This document shows, in pieces, positions 1 to 10,737 of a DNA stretch of 64,000 nt (position 1 is the stretch's first letter; each line of letters starts with the position of its first letter). Source of the stretch: an uncultured Ignavibacteriales bacterium (GTDB lineage Bacteria; Zixibacteria; MSB-5A5; GN15; FEB-12); assembly GCA_964464605.1 (NCBI GenBank), contig CAYXJN010000002.1:186001-250000 (forward strand), in the 5' to 3' direction. The notes under the pieces are model-generated. The model did not search any database. It saw only the letters and a program-made list of their open reading frames with translations, and was not told the origin of the DNA. The translations under genes and the position numbers were made by a program.

Positions 1-409
1 GTTTTTCAACCGCTGAACGGGAGAATGCCGCAGCCTTCACTGTGAAGGCTTTCTTTACCTCACCTACTCCGAGAACTTTCACCGGAATAGTTGCTGACTG
101 CACAAGTCCGGCTTTAAATAATGCTTCGGCGGTAATGTCCGTACTGGCGCAGCGTTCTAACTGACCGACGTTGACCACCTGAAATTCTTTTTTGAAAATG
201 TTGGTGAAGCCAAATTTCGGCAAACGACGATGCATCGGCATCTGTCCGCCTTCATGGTAATGCTTGTGGCTGGTACCGCTGCGAGCGAACGCGCCTTTGT
301 GACCGCGGGTGGATGTTTCACCCATTCCGCTACCGGCGCCACGGCCGATACGCTTGCGGTTCTTTTTGGAACCGGGGGCTGGCTTCAGATTGTGCAGTTT
401 CAACGGCAT
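1..409 (-). CDS. rplO: 50S ribosomal protein L15 (5' part; runs off the window)
   Basis: Translated by hand from ATG at 409: MPLKLHNLKPAPGSKKNRKRIGRGAGSGMGETSTRGHKG...EGGQMPMHRRLPKFGF; follows rpmD. Confidence 0.95.
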   Translation of the reverse strand, partial: MPLKLHNLKPAPGSKKNRKRIGRGAGSGMGETSTRGHKGAFARSGTSHKHYHEGGQMPMHRRLPKFGFTNIFKKEFQVVNVGQLERCASTDITAEALFKAGLVQSATIPVKVLGVGEVKKAFTVKAAAFSRSAVEK

Positions 410-412
410 TGC

Positions 413-595
413 TTATTTGACCTCTTCAACTTTTACCAGATGCGTCACGGCGCGAATCATACCGCGAATCTGCGGGGTGTCGGCGTGAACAATCGATTTA
501 TGCAACTTGCCCAACCCGAGCGCTTCGATAGTGCGCTTCTGCGGTTCCGGTTTGTTAATCGCGCTTTTGACCTGAGTAACTTTTAATTTTCCCAT
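413..595 (-). CDS. rpmD: 50S ribosomal protein L30
   Basis: [10 protein letters not shown]...ALGLGKLH...IRGMI motif; spc operon order. Confidence 0.96.
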   Translation of the reverse strand: MGKLKVTQVKSAINKPEPQKRTIEALGLGKLHKSIVHADTPQIRGMIRAVTHLVKVEEVK

Positions 596-620
596 AGTTG
601 TTCGTCGCTTTCGTCAGCGA

Positions 621-1106
621 TTAGGCGTCCTCGCGGAAACGCTGTTCCTGATCGCGGGTACGCAGAAGAGCCAAACCGTTCATGGTCGCTTTGACGACAT
701 TGTTCGGATTGCGGCTGCCTAATGCTTTTGCCAAAATATCCTGTACGCCGACTGATTCCAAAATCGCGCGAACGGCGCCGCCGGCAATAACGCCGGTACC
801 CGGTGAAGCCGGACGAAGCACAACTGTGGTGGCGGCAAATTTACCGTCGATACGATGCGGAATGGTTCCATTGACCAGATTCACTTTAGTCATGGCGCGT
901 TTGGCAGCCTCAGTACCCTTGCGAATTGCATCTGACACTTCGGCCGCTTTTCCGTGACCGATACCGACTTTGCCGTGTCTGTCACCGACAGCCACCAGCG
1001 CGGTAAAGCTAAAGCGGCGTCCGCCTTTTACTACCTTCGCTACGCGGTTGACGAAAATGACTTTTTCCGCAAACTCCGAGTTCTCTGATTCAAATCTTCT
1101 GGCCAA
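621..1106 (-). CDS. rpsE: 30S ribosomal protein S5
   Basis: [28 protein letters not shown]. Confidence 0.98.
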   Translation of the reverse strand: MARRFESENSEFAEKVIFVNRVAKVVKGGRRFSFTALVAVGDRHGKVGIGHGKAAEVSDAIRKGTEAAKRAMTKVNLVNGTIPHRIDGKFAATTVVLRPASPGTGVIAGGAVRAILESVGVQDILAKALGSRNPNNVVKATMNGLALLRTRDQEQRFREDA

Positions 1107-1142
1107 GCGCTACCTCATTCTCCCATCGGTTCTTTACAACGT

Positions 1143-1511
1143 TTAGAACTGTAATCCACCTTCACGGGCGCCGTCGGCAACTGCCTTGATGCGTCCATGA
1201 AAGCGAAACTGATTGCGATCAAACACGACCGCGTCGATACCTTTTTCTTTCGCCAGTCTGGCGATAGCCAAACCAACCTGTTTGGCGCGCTCTGTTTTCG
1301 TTCCCGTGAGTGTGCTGACGATCTGTTTGGAATCGGAGCTGACACCGACCAGGGTGACTTTGCTTTCGTCGTTGATAATCTGCACGTGGACGTGCTTGAG
1401 CGATTTGTTAACCGTCAAACGCGGACGAGCCTGTGTACCGAACACTTTACCGCGAACGCGACGACGACGACGTACGGAGCGTTGTTTCTTATTTTGTAAA
1501 ATAGATGCCAT
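1143..1511 (-). CDS. rplR: 50S ribosomal protein L18
   Basis: RPRL, VVFDRNQFRFHGRIKAVADGAREGGL. Confidence 0.97.
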   Translation of the reverse strand: MASILQNKKQRSVRRRRRVRGKVFGTQARPRLTVNKSLKHVHVQIINDESKVTLVGVSSDSKQIVSTLTGTKTERAKQVGLAIARLAKEKGIDAVVFDRNQFRFHGRIKAVADGAREGGLQF

Positions 1512-1525
1512 ACAACTTTATTCCA

Positions 1526-2068
1526 TTACTTACCGGCTGTCTTACCGGCTTTGAGCTTAACGGTCTCACCCAGGTAGCGAACACCCTTGCCTTTGTACGG
1601 CTCCGGTTCGCGCAGGGAGCGAATTTTCGCTGCGACCATTCCTACCAGTTCTTTATCGATGCCATCAACAACAATGCGATTTTCTTTTGACTGCGACGTC
1701 ACGGTCACGGCATCCGGCGGGAAGAACACGATCGGGTGCGAATACCCGAGATAAAAGACCAGATTCTTTCCTTTTTGTTCTGCACGGTAACCGATACCGA
1801 CCAGTTCAAGGGTCTTTTGATAGCCGGTAGTTACGCCGTTTACCATATTCTGCAGGAGCGCACGGGACATACCATGTAGGGCGCGATGGCTCTTGATGTC
1901 ACTCTTGCGGGTAACCTGAATCGTATTATCCTGAACCGTCGCGGTAATATCGGCCGGTAATTGCCAGGCAAGATTTCCTTTCGGACCTGTTACTTTGGCA
2001 ACGCCGTTGACGATTTCAACTTTTGTTTTTGCCGGTATCTGAACCGGTAATTTTCCTACGCGAGACAT
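1526..2068 (-). CDS. rplF: 50S ribosomal protein L6
   Basis: MSRVGKLP, PEPYKGKGVRY. Confidence 0.98.
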   Translation of the reverse strand: MSRVGKLPVQIPAKTKVEIVNGVAKVTGPKGNLAWQLPADITATVQDNTIQVTRKSDIKSHRALHGMSRALLQNMVNGVTTGYQKTLELVGIGYRAEQKGKNLVFYLGYSHPIVFFPPDAVTVTSQSKENRIVVDGIDKELVGMVAAKIRSLREPEPYKGKGVRYLGETVKLKAGKTAGK

Positions 2069-2083
2069 TACTTTCCTTACTCC

Positions 2084-2485
2084 TTACCAGCACCGCAGCA
2101 AAACTTCACCGCCGATTTTGCGGGCGGTCGCTTCGTGATTTGTCATCACACCGGACGATGTTGAAATGACCGTTATGCCACGGGTATTCGTCGCCGAGGC
2201 TTTTGCCTGCGCAGCGTCGTAATATTTGCGAAGACCTGGCGTCGAAATTCGCTCGATTCCTTTCAGAACCGGAACGTCATCCTGGCTATAGCGCAGGTAG
2301 ACGCGCAAAATACCCTGCTTGTTATCCGGCAATTCAGTGACGTCACGAAGATATCTCTTCGCGATCATCAGCTTGATAATTTCCCGCTTCAAATTCGATG
2401 CGGGAATGTCCACAGCGTTTTTCTTCGCTTTGGAGGCGTTCCGCAGGCGGGTCGCCAGATCTGCAATTGGATCCGACATGCTCAT
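2084..2485 (-). CDS. rpsH: 30S ribosomal protein S8
   Basis: DPIAD...RLRNA, ISTPGLR, GGEVL. Confidence 0.97.
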   Translation of the reverse strand: MSMSDPIADLATRLRNASKAKKNAVDIPASNLKREIIKLMIAKRYLRDVTELPDNKQGILRVYLRYSQDDVPVLKGIERISTPGLRKYYDAAQAKASATNTRGITVISTSSGVMTNHEATARKIGGEVLLRCW

Positions 2486-2516
2486 CGTGTCTTCATTCCT
2501 GTCGTCTTACTGGTTT

Positions 2517-2702
2517 TTACCAACTGGCCTTGACTACGCCGGGGATATCACCGGCAAGCGCCATTTCCCGAAAACAGATACGGCAAAGTCCGAAACGACG
2601 GATATATGCGCGCGGACGGCCGCAGCGGCGGCAGCGACTGTACGCACGAACCGCGAATTTCGGAGTTCTCTTCTGTTTCTCAACTAAGCATTTCTTGGCC
2701 AT
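2517..2702 (-). CDS. rpsN: 30S ribosomal protein S14, short Zn-binding (C+) type
   Basis: 61 aa, RCRRCGRPR...GLCRICFRE, ends KASW. Confidence 0.97.
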   Translation of the reverse strand: MAKKCLVEKQKRTPKFAVRAYSRCRRCGRPRAYIRRFGLCRICFREMALAGDIPGVVKASW

Positions 2703-2709
2703 ATTTCAC

Positions 2710-3255
2710 CTATTTCCGGAACGGCATTCCCATTTCCGTCAATAACTGGCGCGCTTCTTCGTCGTTGCGCGCGGTGGTTACGAAGGTAATAGTCATACCG
2801 CGAATTTTGTCAATTTTATCGTATTCAATTTCCGGAAAAATCAACTGCTCGCGCAATCCTAAGTTGTAATTTCCGCGACCGTCGAATCCCTTGGTGCTGA
2901 CACCGCGGAAGTCACGAATACGGGGAATAGCAATATTGATCAATCTATCCAGAAATTCATACATCACATCGCGACGCAGGGTAACCATGCAGCCGATCGG
3001 CTGTCCCTGACGAAGCTTAAAGTTCGAGATACTCTTTTTTGCGCGCGTCACGAGCGGCTTGCGGCCGGTAATGATCTGCATTTCCTCAACCGCTACATCG
3101 AGCGTTTTGGAATTCTGGGTAGCCTCGCCGACGCCCATGTTAATCGTAATTTTAGACAGCTGCGGCACCATCATAACGGATTTATAGCTGTTATCCTTCA
3201 TTAATTTCGGACGAACCACTTCGCGATAGCGCTGTCGTAAACGAGCTTCAGCCAT
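2710..3255 (-). CDS. rplE: 50S ribosomal protein L5
   Basis: [26 protein letters not shown]. Confidence 0.98.
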   Translation of the reverse strand: MAEARLRQRYREVVRPKLMKDNSYKSVMMVPQLSKITINMGVGEATQNSKTLDVAVEEMQIITGRKPLVTRAKKSISNFKLRQGQPIGCMVTLRRDVMYEFLDRLINIAIPRIRDFRGVSTKGFDGRGNYNLGLREQLIFPEIEYDKIDKIRGMTITFVTTARNDEEARQLLTEMGMPFRK

Positions 3256-3261
3256 GACTCT

Positions 3262-3579
3262 TTATACCTCTTCTCCGGTTCGTTTATCAATGCGTGTTTT
3301 TGTCGTCACGCCGCCGTCCGTACTGACTTTCCAGCCGACCTTTGCAGGTTTGCGGGTTTCGCTGTTGTACGGCGCGACATTGCTGATATGGACGGATGAT
3401 TCTTTCTTCACCATCCCACCCTTCGGATTACGCTGGGTTTTGCGCTGGTGTTTGGTGCGGACATTGATCCCTTCAACAAACACGCGGCCGCCCTGCGTAT
3501 CGACATGGAGCACGCGTCCAGTCTTTCCTTTGGAACCGCCGGTAAGGATAACTACGGTATCATTTTTACGAATACGCAT
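3262..3579 (-). CDS. rplX: 50S ribosomal protein L24
   Basis: KOW motif DTVVILTGGSKGKTG, VEGIN, HISNV. Confidence 0.97.
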   Translation of the reverse strand: MRIRKNDTVVILTGGSKGKTGRVLHVDTQGGRVFVEGINVRTKHQRKTQRNPKGGMVKKESSVHISNVAPYNSETRKPAKVGWKVSTDGGVTTKTRIDKRTGEEV

Positions 3580-3588
3580 GGTCTCTCC

Positions 3589-3954
3589 TTATATCACTTC
3601 CGGGGCTAACGAAATAATTTTCATAAACTGTTTTTCACGCAATTCACGGGCAACCGGACCAAAGATACGCGTTCCACGCGGCTCCTTCGCTTCGTTAATG
3701 ATAACGGCTGCGTTATCGGAGAACCGAATCCATGAACCATCCTTACGGCGCAGTTCCGATTTGGTGCGCACGACGACTGCTTTGCAGACATCGGAACGCT
3801 TCACGGTACCGCCGGGAATCGCTTCCTTGACGGCCACGACGATAATGTCGCCGATCGAGGCGTACCGCTTACGACCGCCGAGAATACGGAAGCACATAAC
3901 TTTTTTGGCGCCGGTGTTATCGGCCACAGTTAAACGAGTAAATTCCTGAATCAT
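3589..3954 (-). CDS. rplN: 50S ribosomal protein L14
   Basis: [26 protein letters not shown]. Confidence 0.98.
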   Translation of the reverse strand: MIQEFTRLTVADNTGAKKVMCFRILGGRKRYASIGDIIVVAVKEAIPGGTVKRSDVCKAVVVRTKSELRRKDGSWIRFSDNAAVIINEAKEPRGTRIFGPVARELREKQFMKIISLAPEVI

Positions 3955-3976
3955 ATAGCTTAGTTACCCTCGCGCC

Positions 3977-4243
3977 TTACTTCGCACGCTCAACAATTTC
4001 AATCAATCGCCAGCGTTTTGACTTCGACAGCGGGCGGGTTTCCATCAGACGAACGGTATCACCGACTTTGGCCTGATTCTGTTCATCATGCGCGTACAAT
4101 TTGGTGGACGTTTTAAACGTCTTGCCGTACACGCTGTGACGAATGGTACGGTCAATACGCACGGTGATGCTTTTTTCCATCTTGTCGGAGACAACGGTTC
4201 CGACACGAATCTTGCGGCGAGTTCTGGTTTCCTGTTCGTTCAT
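3977..4243 (-). CDS. rpsQ: 30S ribosomal protein S17
   Basis: [21 protein letters not shown]. Confidence 0.97.
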   Translation of the reverse strand: MNEQETRTRRKIRVGTVVSDKMEKSITVRIDRTIRHSVYGKTFKTSTKLYAHDEQNQAKVGDTVRLMETRPLSKSKRWRLIEIVERAK

Positions 4244-4258
4244 ACCTTATCTGTTTTC

Positions 4259-4516
4259 TTACGCTTTCTTTCCTTTAGCAGGAGCCGGTGCGGCTGAGGC
4301 CTGACTGACCTTGCGCGTACCGATTTCATCTTCCCGTAACACGGTGTTTATCCGGGCAATTTCACGGCCGATAATACGCAAACGAAGCGGGTTATCGAGA
4401 CCTTTGATCGAGCGACGCATGCGCAGATTGAAAATTTCATCCGTCAGATCGCGACGCAGATGCTGAAGTTCATCGCGAGTCATCTCGCGCAGAGCAGGAG
4501 CTTTTGTCGTTGCCAT
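4259..4516 (-). CDS. rpmC: 50S ribosomal protein L29 with Ala/Lys C-terminal tail
   Basis: LREMT...FNLRM...[13 protein letters not shown] at 4516 directly after the rplP stop chosen as start. Confidence 0.93.
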   Translation of the reverse strand: MATTKAPALREMTRDELQHLRRDLTDEIFNLRMRRSIKGLDNPLRLRIIGREIARINTVLREDEIGTRKVSQASAAPAPAKGKKA

Positions 4517-4517
4517 C

Positions 4518-4940
4518 TTATGCGCCTTCCATTTCCGCACGGCTTACGAATTTCGTACCGAGCGGTAATTTGTTTGCAGCCATTTCCAAAGCTTCGCGGG
4601 CGAGTTTTTCATCGATACCCTGCACCTCAAACAGAATGCGTCCCGGTTTGACTACTGCTACCCAGTACTCCGGTGCACCTTTACCTTTACCCATTCGGGT
4701 TTCCGCCGGCTTTTTCGTTACCGGCTTATCGGGGAACACGCGAATCCACACTTTACCACCACGTTTCATTGAACGAGTTAAGGCAATACGGGCGGCTTCA
4801 ATCTGACGATTCGTGAGCCAGCAGGGATCAAGCGCCTTCAATCCGAAATCGCCGAAACTAATCGATGATCCGGTGTTGGCTGCTCCGGTCATACGTCCGC
4901 GCTGTGCTTTACGAAACTTTGTTTTCTTCGGTTGTAACAT
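4518..4940 (-). CDS. rplP: 50S ribosomal protein L16
   Basis: [20 protein letters not shown]. Confidence 0.98.
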   Translation of the reverse strand: MLQPKKTKFRKAQRGRMTGAANTGSSISFGDFGLKALDPCWLTNRQIEAARIALTRSMKRGGKVWIRVFPDKPVTKKPAETRMGKGKGAPEYWVAVVKPGRILFEVQGIDEKLAREALEMAANKLPLGTKFVSRAEMEGA

Positions 4941-4968
4941 CTTTTTATCTCAATACGATAGTTGCGAA

Positions 4969-5934
4969 TTACGACTGTTTTCCTTCACCGCCGCCGGTAT
5001 TACTACCACCGGTATTGCTGCCGCCTTCCGGACGACGACCTCTCGGCTGGTTTGAACCACCCGGTCCGCCATCACGACGCACGCGACCACGCGGACGCTG
5101 CTGCTGCGAACGATCTCCACCACCCGGTCCGCCGGCGCCTCTTTGCTGATGCTGCGGACGACGACGCTGTTGGTCATGGCCTCCGCCGCCGCCACCCGGG
5201 CGATCAGAGCGATGTCTGCCATGCGGCTGGTGCTGCTGCTGCTGTTGCTGCTGCGAACCACCGATAGCTTCTTTCTTTTCTTCTTCCTTGGCAGCGAACG
5301 GTGCTTTATCGAGCACTTCACCGCGGCAAATCCAAACTTTGACGCCGATCACTCCGTACGTGGTATGCGCGGTTGAAAGTGCATAATCAATATCAGCACG
5401 CAGGGTATGAAGCGGTACGCGGCCCTGCATATATTTTTCTGTACGGGCAATTTCCGCACCACCCAAACGACCGGATACCTGCAACTTGATACCGACGGCA
5501 CCCATCTTCATCGTTGAAGCCATCGCTTTTTTCATCGCACGGCGGAAGGAGATACGTCCTTCCAACTGACGGGCGATCGTGTCACCAACCAACTTGGCAT
5601 CAAGTTCGGGACGGCGGATTTCGACGATATTCAGCATGATATCTTTTTTTGTCAGCATCTGAAGTTCTTCGCGCAGTTTATCCACTTCCGCACCCTTACG
5701 ACCGATAACGATACCGGGACGGGAAGTATGAATATCTACGGTAACTTTCTTCGGAGCGCGGCCAATCGACACACTGGCAATACCGGCATTATCAAGTCGG
5801 CGGGCGATATACTTTTTGACCAGTATATCTTCATGCACTAAATCAGCGAAGTTGCGATCCGGTGCAAACCAGCGGCTGTTCCAGGTTCTGATAACGCCAA
5901 GGCGTAAACCTATTGGATGTGTCTTTTGTCCCAA
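4969..5934 (-). CDS. rpsC: 30S ribosomal protein S3 with ~110-aa Q/G/R-rich tail
   Basis: MGQKTHP, KH domain [21 protein letters not shown]. Confidence 0.98.
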   Translation of the reverse strand: MGQKTHPIGLRLGVIRTWNSRWFAPDRNFADLVHEDILVKKYIARRLDNAGIASVSIGRAPKKVTVDIHTSRPGIVIGRKGAEVDKLREELQMLTKKDIMLNIVEIRRPELDAKLVGDTIARQLEGRISFRRAMKKAMASTMKMGAVGIKLQVSGRLGGAEIARTEKYMQGRVPLHTLRADIDYALSTAHTTYGVIGVKVWICRGEVLDKAPFAAKEEEKKEAIGGSQQQQQQQHQPHGRHRSDRPGGGGGGHDQQRRRPQHQQRGAGGPGGGDRSQQQRPRGRVRRDGGPGGSNQPRGRRPEGGSNTGGSNTGGGEGKQS

Positions 5935-5948
5935 AACTCTCTCCTGTA

Positions 5949-6425
5949 CTATTCTTCAGTAGCGGTCTTTTTCGTTTTCTTTTTTGCCGGTGCTTTTGTT
6001 TCAGCTGGTTCAGCGATTTCAGCTTTCGGTGCGGCCTTGGCGGCTTTTGCTGCTGCGCGGGCTGCTTTCGGCGCTTCCAATTTGCCAACTAACTCAACAC
6101 TGACATGGCAGTAGTGTTTCTTGTAACGAAACACACGACCCATCGACTGGTACCGGATACGCTTCGCGCTCGGACCCTGGTCGACCTGGATATTCTTCAA
6201 CACCAGCGTTTCCGGTTTCAGGCGGTCACCGCCTTCTTTGGACATTGCATTCGCTGCTGCGGATTTCACCGTCTTCGCGAGCGGAAGTGCAGCCGCTTTC
6301 GGTGTAAAATTCAGAATGTTCAACGCCTGTTCGACCGGCAAACCTTTCACCAGTTCAACCACCCGGCGCATCTTGCGCGCAGGGATACTCGTAAAACGTA
6401 ACTTAGCCGTTGATGTTACAATCAT
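5949..6425 (-). CDS. rplV: 50S ribosomal protein L22 with Ala/Lys tail
   Basis: [19 protein letters not shown]. Confidence 0.96.
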   Translation of the reverse strand: MIVTSTAKLRFTSIPARKMRRVVELVKGLPVEQALNILNFTPKAAALPLAKTVKSAAANAMSKEGGDRLKPETLVLKNIQVDQGPSAKRIRYQSMGRVFRYKKHYCHVSVELVGKLEAPKAARAAAKAAKAAPKAEIAEPAETKAPAKKKTKKTATEE

Positions 6426-6748
6426 GACTTACCGCCACCGCCTGCTGCAGGCGCCGGAGCAGCTTTCACTGCAACCGTCTTTTCAGTCAACTTACCGGAG
6501 TGACCGCGGAAGGTACGGGTCGGCGCAAACTCACCGAGCTTATGACCAACCATGTTTTCCGTTACAAACACCGGAACGAATTTGTTACCGGTATGAACAG
6601 CGAGCGTATGACCGATGAATTCGGGCGTAATGGTTGAACGGCGTGACCAGGTTTTGATAACCTTTTTGTCACGACTTGCATTCATCGTGTCGATCTTCTT
6701 CACCAATTTGGCGTCTACAAACGGACCTTTTTTTAATGAACGAGGCAT
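6422..6748 (-). CDS. rpsS: 30S ribosomal protein S19
   Basis: [28 protein letters not shown]. Confidence 0.98.
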   Translation of the reverse strand: MPRSLKKGPFVDAKLVKKIDTMNASRDKKVIKTWSRRSTITPEFIGHTLAVHTGNKFVPVFVTENMVGHKLGEFAPTRTFRGHSGKLTEKTVAVKAAPAPAAGGGGKS

Positions 6749-6757
6749 TCTTTTACC

Positions 6758-7588
6758 TTAGACCTTTACGCGTCTATCCTGAATCAGGTGTTTCAACGGT
6801 TTCTTTTTGCTGCGGGTCTTCAGACCTTTGGTCTTCTTACCCCACGGCGTTACGGGATGACGTCCCCCGGAGGTGCGGCCTTCGCCACCACCCATCGGGT
6901 GATCGACCGGGTTCATCGCCACGCCGCGAACGGAAGGACGACGGCCACGCCAGCGCGTAGCACCGGCTTTACCGGGAACTAAATTTTTATGTTCAATGTT
7001 CGAGACCTGACCAATGGTACCGTAACAAAGGCGCGGTACGGTGCGAACTTCGCCGGACGGCATTTTGAGAATAACTTTCGGACCGTCCTTTGCCATAATC
7101 TGCACCATCGAACCGGCTGAGCGAGCCATCTGCGCACCCTTACCGGGAAACAACTCGATATTGTGAACGTTAGTACCGAGCGGCATTTCACCAAGCGGAA
7201 GTGAATTACCTGTTTTGATATCAGCGGTCGGACCGGACATAAGCATTTCATCAACTTTTAATCCATCCGGAGCGATGATATAGCGCTTTTCACCGTCAGC
7301 ATAATGCAACAGGGCAATACGGGCAGAACGATTCGGATCATACTCGATCGAGGCAACACGCGCGGCTATACCGTGCTTGTCACGCTTGAAATCGACAACG
7401 CGATAGAAGCGCTTGTGTCCGCCACCACGGCAATATGCGGTTACTCTTCCCTTATTGTTACGGCCGCCGGTTTTGCGAATCGGCTCAAGCAATGATTTCT
7501 CCGGAACGACTGAAGTAATTTCTTCAAAGGTCGGCACCGTGCGAAAACGCAGGGAGGGAGTTACTGGTCTGTATTTTTTAATTCCCAT
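6758..7588 (-). CDS. rplB: 50S ribosomal protein L2
   Basis: [26 protein letters not shown]. Confidence 0.98.
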   Translation of the reverse strand: MGIKKYRPVTPSLRFRTVPTFEEITSVVPEKSLLEPIRKTGGRNNKGRVTAYCRGGGHKRFYRVVDFKRDKHGIAARVASIEYDPNRSARIALLHYADGEKRYIIAPDGLKVDEMLMSGPTADIKTGNSLPLGEMPLGTNVHNIELFPGKGAQMARSAGSMVQIMAKDGPKVILKMPSGEVRTVPRLCYGTIGQVSNIEHKNLVPGKAGATRWRGRRPSVRGVAMNPVDHPMGGGEGRTSGGRHPVTPWGKKTKGLKTRSKKKPLKHLIQDRRVKV

Positions 7589-7596
7589 AATCGTAC

Positions 7597-7890
7597 TTAC
7601 ACGTTCTCAAAAATTTCAATGTTTTGGCCCGCTTTCAAACGGACTATCGCCTTTTTCCATGTCGGTGATTTTCCGACGACACGGTTCATCCGGCGCGATT
7701 TGCCGGGCATCGTCATCGTGCGAACATCTTCCACTTTCACCTTGAACGCCAGTTCAACGGCGCTCTTGACGACGTGTTTGTTCGCGCGTTTATCGACTTC
7801 AAATACATATTCATTGTATTTCTGCTTCATGGCTGAGGTGCGCTCGGTCAGAATATGATCTTTAAGCACATGGCGCGGATCGGTTTTCAT
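7597..7890 (-). CDS. rplW: 50S ribosomal protein L23
   Basis: [13 protein letters not shown]; operon position. Confidence 0.96.
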   Translation of the reverse strand: MKTDPRHVLKDHILTERTSAMKQKYNEYVFEVDKRANKHVVKSAVELAFKVKVEDVRTMTMPGKSRRMNRVVGKSPTWKKAIVRLKAGQNIEIFENV

Positions 7891-8510
7891 CCGAACACCT
7901 CCTCTACCTTAGCCAAACCGGCTTTGGTAATCAGTACCACATCGGCATCGAGCAAATCGTATCCGTTGGCGAGTGCGGCACGCTGCAGTTTCACGCGCGG
8001 AATGTTCCGGCAGGAAACGGTCAGAAACTCATTGCGGCCTTCATCCAGCAAAAGCGCTTTTTTGCCTTCCAATTTCAGCTTGGACAGCATGGTCGTAACT
8101 GATTTGGTTTTGTATTCCTTCAACTCGATTTTATCGAGAATCCGCAAATTGTCGGTCTTTGCTTTGTCTGAAAACACTGAGCGAATCGCCAGTGATTTCA
8201 TCTTCGCCGGCAGTTCATACCCGTAGCTTCTCGGATGCGGACCGAATACTGTACCGCCCCCACGCCACAGAGGTGAACGAATCGTACCTGCGCGAGCGCG
8301 GCCGGTACCTTTTTGTTTCCACGGCTTTTTACCGCCACCCGAGACTTCTTTACGAGTCTTGGTCTGGTGCGTACCCTGACGCTGACGAGCCCGATAATTC
8401 ACGATGTACTGGTGTACTAACGCTTCATTCGGTTCGATGCCGAAGATTTCTGCATTCAAATTAACAGTGCCGACTTGGGCGCCGTCTTGATTGTAAACTT
8501 TCGCTTCCAT
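7887..8510 (-). CDS. rplD: 50S ribosomal protein L4
   Basis: RQGTH, KPWKQKGTGRARAG, GGGTVFGP. Confidence 0.98.
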   Translation of the reverse strand: MEAKVYNQDGAQVGTVNLNAEIFGIEPNEALVHQYIVNYRARQRQGTHQTKTRKEVSGGGKKPWKQKGTGRARAGTIRSPLWRGGGTVFGPHPRSYGYELPAKMKSLAIRSVFSDKAKTDNLRILDKIELKEYKTKSVTTMLSKLKLEGKKALLLDEGRNEFLTVSCRNIPRVKLQRAALANGYDLLDADVVLITKAGLAKVEEVFG

Positions 8511-9166
8511 TATTTCTTGAACGACTGATAGCCACGGTTGGTCGAGCGTATTTTCACGATCGATCCTTTGTTACCGGGCACAGCGCCTTTTACCAACATC
8601 AGGTTTTCATTTTCTATAATTCTGACGATTTCCAAATTGAGAACCGTCACTTTGTCTCTACCCATGCGACCAGCCATCCGCAATCCCTTGAATACGCGGG
8701 ATGGGAATGATGACTGACCCAAAGATCCGGGGGCGCGCTGACGGTCGGACTGACCGTGCGTGATCGGACCGCCGCCGAAATTGTGACGTTTCATGGAACC
8801 GGCGAAACCAAGTCCGCGGGAAATTCCGGTAACGTCTACCTTATCACCTTCTTTGAATATATCCAGCTTGAGAACGGAACCGACCTCAAGCGTCGCGTCA
8901 TCAAGATTCAACTCACGAACAAAACGGGACGGGGAAACTTTCGCACTGGTGAACTGACCAAGCTGGGGCTTGCTCATAATTTTCTGTGCGCGCTTTTCAT
9001 CAACGTCACCAAAACCAACCTGGTAGGCGTTGTACCCTTCTTTGTCCGCAGTACGCTTGGCGATAACCGTGCAGGGGCCAGCCTGGATTACCGTTACCGG
9101 AACCGCTTCACCTGCCGGGTTATATACCCGCGTCATACCAATTTTTTTGCCAATTATTTGCTTCAT
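8510..9166 (-). CDS. rplC: 50S ribosomal protein L3
   Basis: [24 protein letters not shown]. Confidence 0.98.
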   Translation of the reverse strand: MKQIIGKKIGMTRVYNPAGEAVPVTVIQAGPCTVIAKRTADKEGYNAYQVGFGDVDEKRAQKIMSKPQLGQFTSAKVSPSRFVRELNLDDATLEVGSVLKLDIFKEGDKVDVTGISRGLGFAGSMKRHNFGGGPITHGQSDRQRAPGSLGQSSFPSRVFKGLRMAGRMGRDKVTVLNLEIVRIIENENLMLVKGAVPGNKGSIVKIRSTNRGYQSFKK

Positions 9167-9183
9167 AAGGGGTCACAACTATA

Positions 9184-9492
9184 TCAGGTTTTTATCTCCA
9201 CGTCAACACCCGCCGGTAAATCTAATTTCATTAAGGCATCAACCGTCTGGGGTGTCGATTCGTATATGTCTATCAAGCGCTTGTGCAGCCGGGTTTCGAA
9301 CTGCTCACGCGATTTTTTGTCCACGTGCGGGGACCGAAGTACGGTATACACCGTCCGTTTGGTCGGAAGTGGTACCGGGCCGACTATTTTGGCGCCGGTG
9401 CGGAGAACCGTACGGGCGATTTCTTTCGTCGACTTATCAAGCGTATAGTGGTCGTACGCTTTTAACCGAATGCGAATTTTTTGCATATCCAT
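9184..9492 (-). CDS. rpsJ: 30S ribosomal protein S10
   Basis: [28 protein letters not shown] at 9492 preferred over TTG at 9501. Confidence 0.97.
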   Translation of the reverse strand: MDMQKIRIRLKAYDHYTLDKSTKEIARTVLRTGAKIVGPVPLPTKRTVYTVLRSPHVDKKSREQFETRLHKRLIDIYESTPQTVDALMKLDLPAGVDVEIKT

Positions 9493-9510
9493 TTTATTCA
9501 ACCACTTTCT

Positions 9511-10719
9511 TTAGGCGACGATTTCCGCGATTACGCCGGCGCCAACCGTTCTACCACCCTCACGAATAGCAAAACGAAGTTCTTTCTCCATCGCGATTGG
9601 CATGATCAATTCTACTTCCATCTGCACGTTGTCACCAGGCATAACCATCTCAACGCCAGCCGGCAAATGAGCAACACCGGTCACGTCAGTCGTTCTGAAG
9701 TAAAACTGCGGACGATACCCGTTAAAGAACGGAGTATGACGGCCACCTTCTTCTTTTGTCAGAATGTACACTTCAGCTTTGAACTTCGTGTGCGGTTTCA
9801 CACTACCCGGTTTGGCTAACACCATACCACGCTCGATATCATCCTTATCAATACCACGAAGCAATAAACCAACGTTATCACCAGCCTGAGCTTGATCCAG
9901 AAGTTTTCTGAACATTTCAACGCCAGTGACTACGCTTTTTCTGGTTTCACGAATACCGATGACTTCGATTTCTTCACCGGACTTCACGATACCGCGCTCC
10001 ACACGGCCGGTACCAACAGTACCACGACCCGTAATCGAGAACACGTCTTCAACCGGCATCAAGAACGGCTTGTCGATCTCACGCTTCGGTTCCGGAATAT
10101 AGCTATCAAGTGCATCAACCAACTGCAGAATCGGCGCAAAGGCAGGATCAGTGATCGGACGACCAGCATCCAATCCGGCTGACATCGCCTGCAAAGCCGA
10201 ACCACGAATCACCGGAATAGTATCACCCGGGAATTTGTAGCTGGACAACAATTCTCTCACTTCTAATTCAACCAGATCCAGAAGTTCCGGATCATCAACC
10301 ATATCAACTTTATTCATGAACACCACGATGTACGGCACACCGACCTGGCGAGCCAACAGAATGTGTTCACGGGTCTGCGGCATCGGACCATCAGTCGCTG
10401 ATACCACCAGAATAGCTCCGTCCATCTGAGCGGCACCCGTAATCATGTTCTTCACATAGTCCGCGTGACCCGGACAGTCAACGTGCGCATAGTGACGCTT
10501 TTCTGATTCGTATTCCACGTGGGCTGTGGCAATCGTAATACCGCGCTCTCTTTCTTCCGGCGCGTTGTCGATTGAATCAAAGGCGCGCGCTTTGGTCGTC
10601 CCCTTACGGGCCAACACCATCGTCAACGCTGCCGTTAATGTCGTCTTGCCGTGATCCACGTGACCAATTGTCCCCACATTCACGTGCGGCTTATTACGCT
10701 CAAATTTCTCCTTGGACAT
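9511..10719 (-). CDS. tuf: Elongation factor Tu (str-operon copy)
   Basis: [28 protein letters not shown]. Confidence 0.99.
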   Translation of the reverse strand: MSKEKFERNKPHVNVGTIGHVDHGKTTLTAALTMVLARKGTTKARAFDSIDNAPEERERGITIATAHVEYESEKRHYAHVDCPGHADYVKNMITGAAQMDGAILVVSATDGPMPQTREHILLARQVGVPYIVVFMNKVDMVDDPELLDLVELEVRELLSSYKFPGDTIPVIRGSALQAMSAGLDAGRPITDPAFAPILQLVDALDSYIPEPKREIDKPFLMPVEDVFSITGRGTVGTGRVERGIVKSGEEIEVIGIRETRKSVVTGVEMFRKLLDQAQAGDNVGLLLRGIDKDDIERGMVLAKPGSVKPHTKFKAEVYILTKEEGGRHTPFFNGYRPQFYFRTTDVTGVAHLPAGVEMVMPGDNVQMEVELIMPIAMEKELRFAIREGGRTVGAGVIAEIVA

Positions 10720-10737
10720 CCGTTAGCCTCACACTCT

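Noticed and set aside
3254..9569. Long plus-strand ORFs opposite ribosomal protein genes (e.g. 3254..3949, 8756..9448)
   Set aside because: Typical antisense frames of highly conserved, codon-biased genes.
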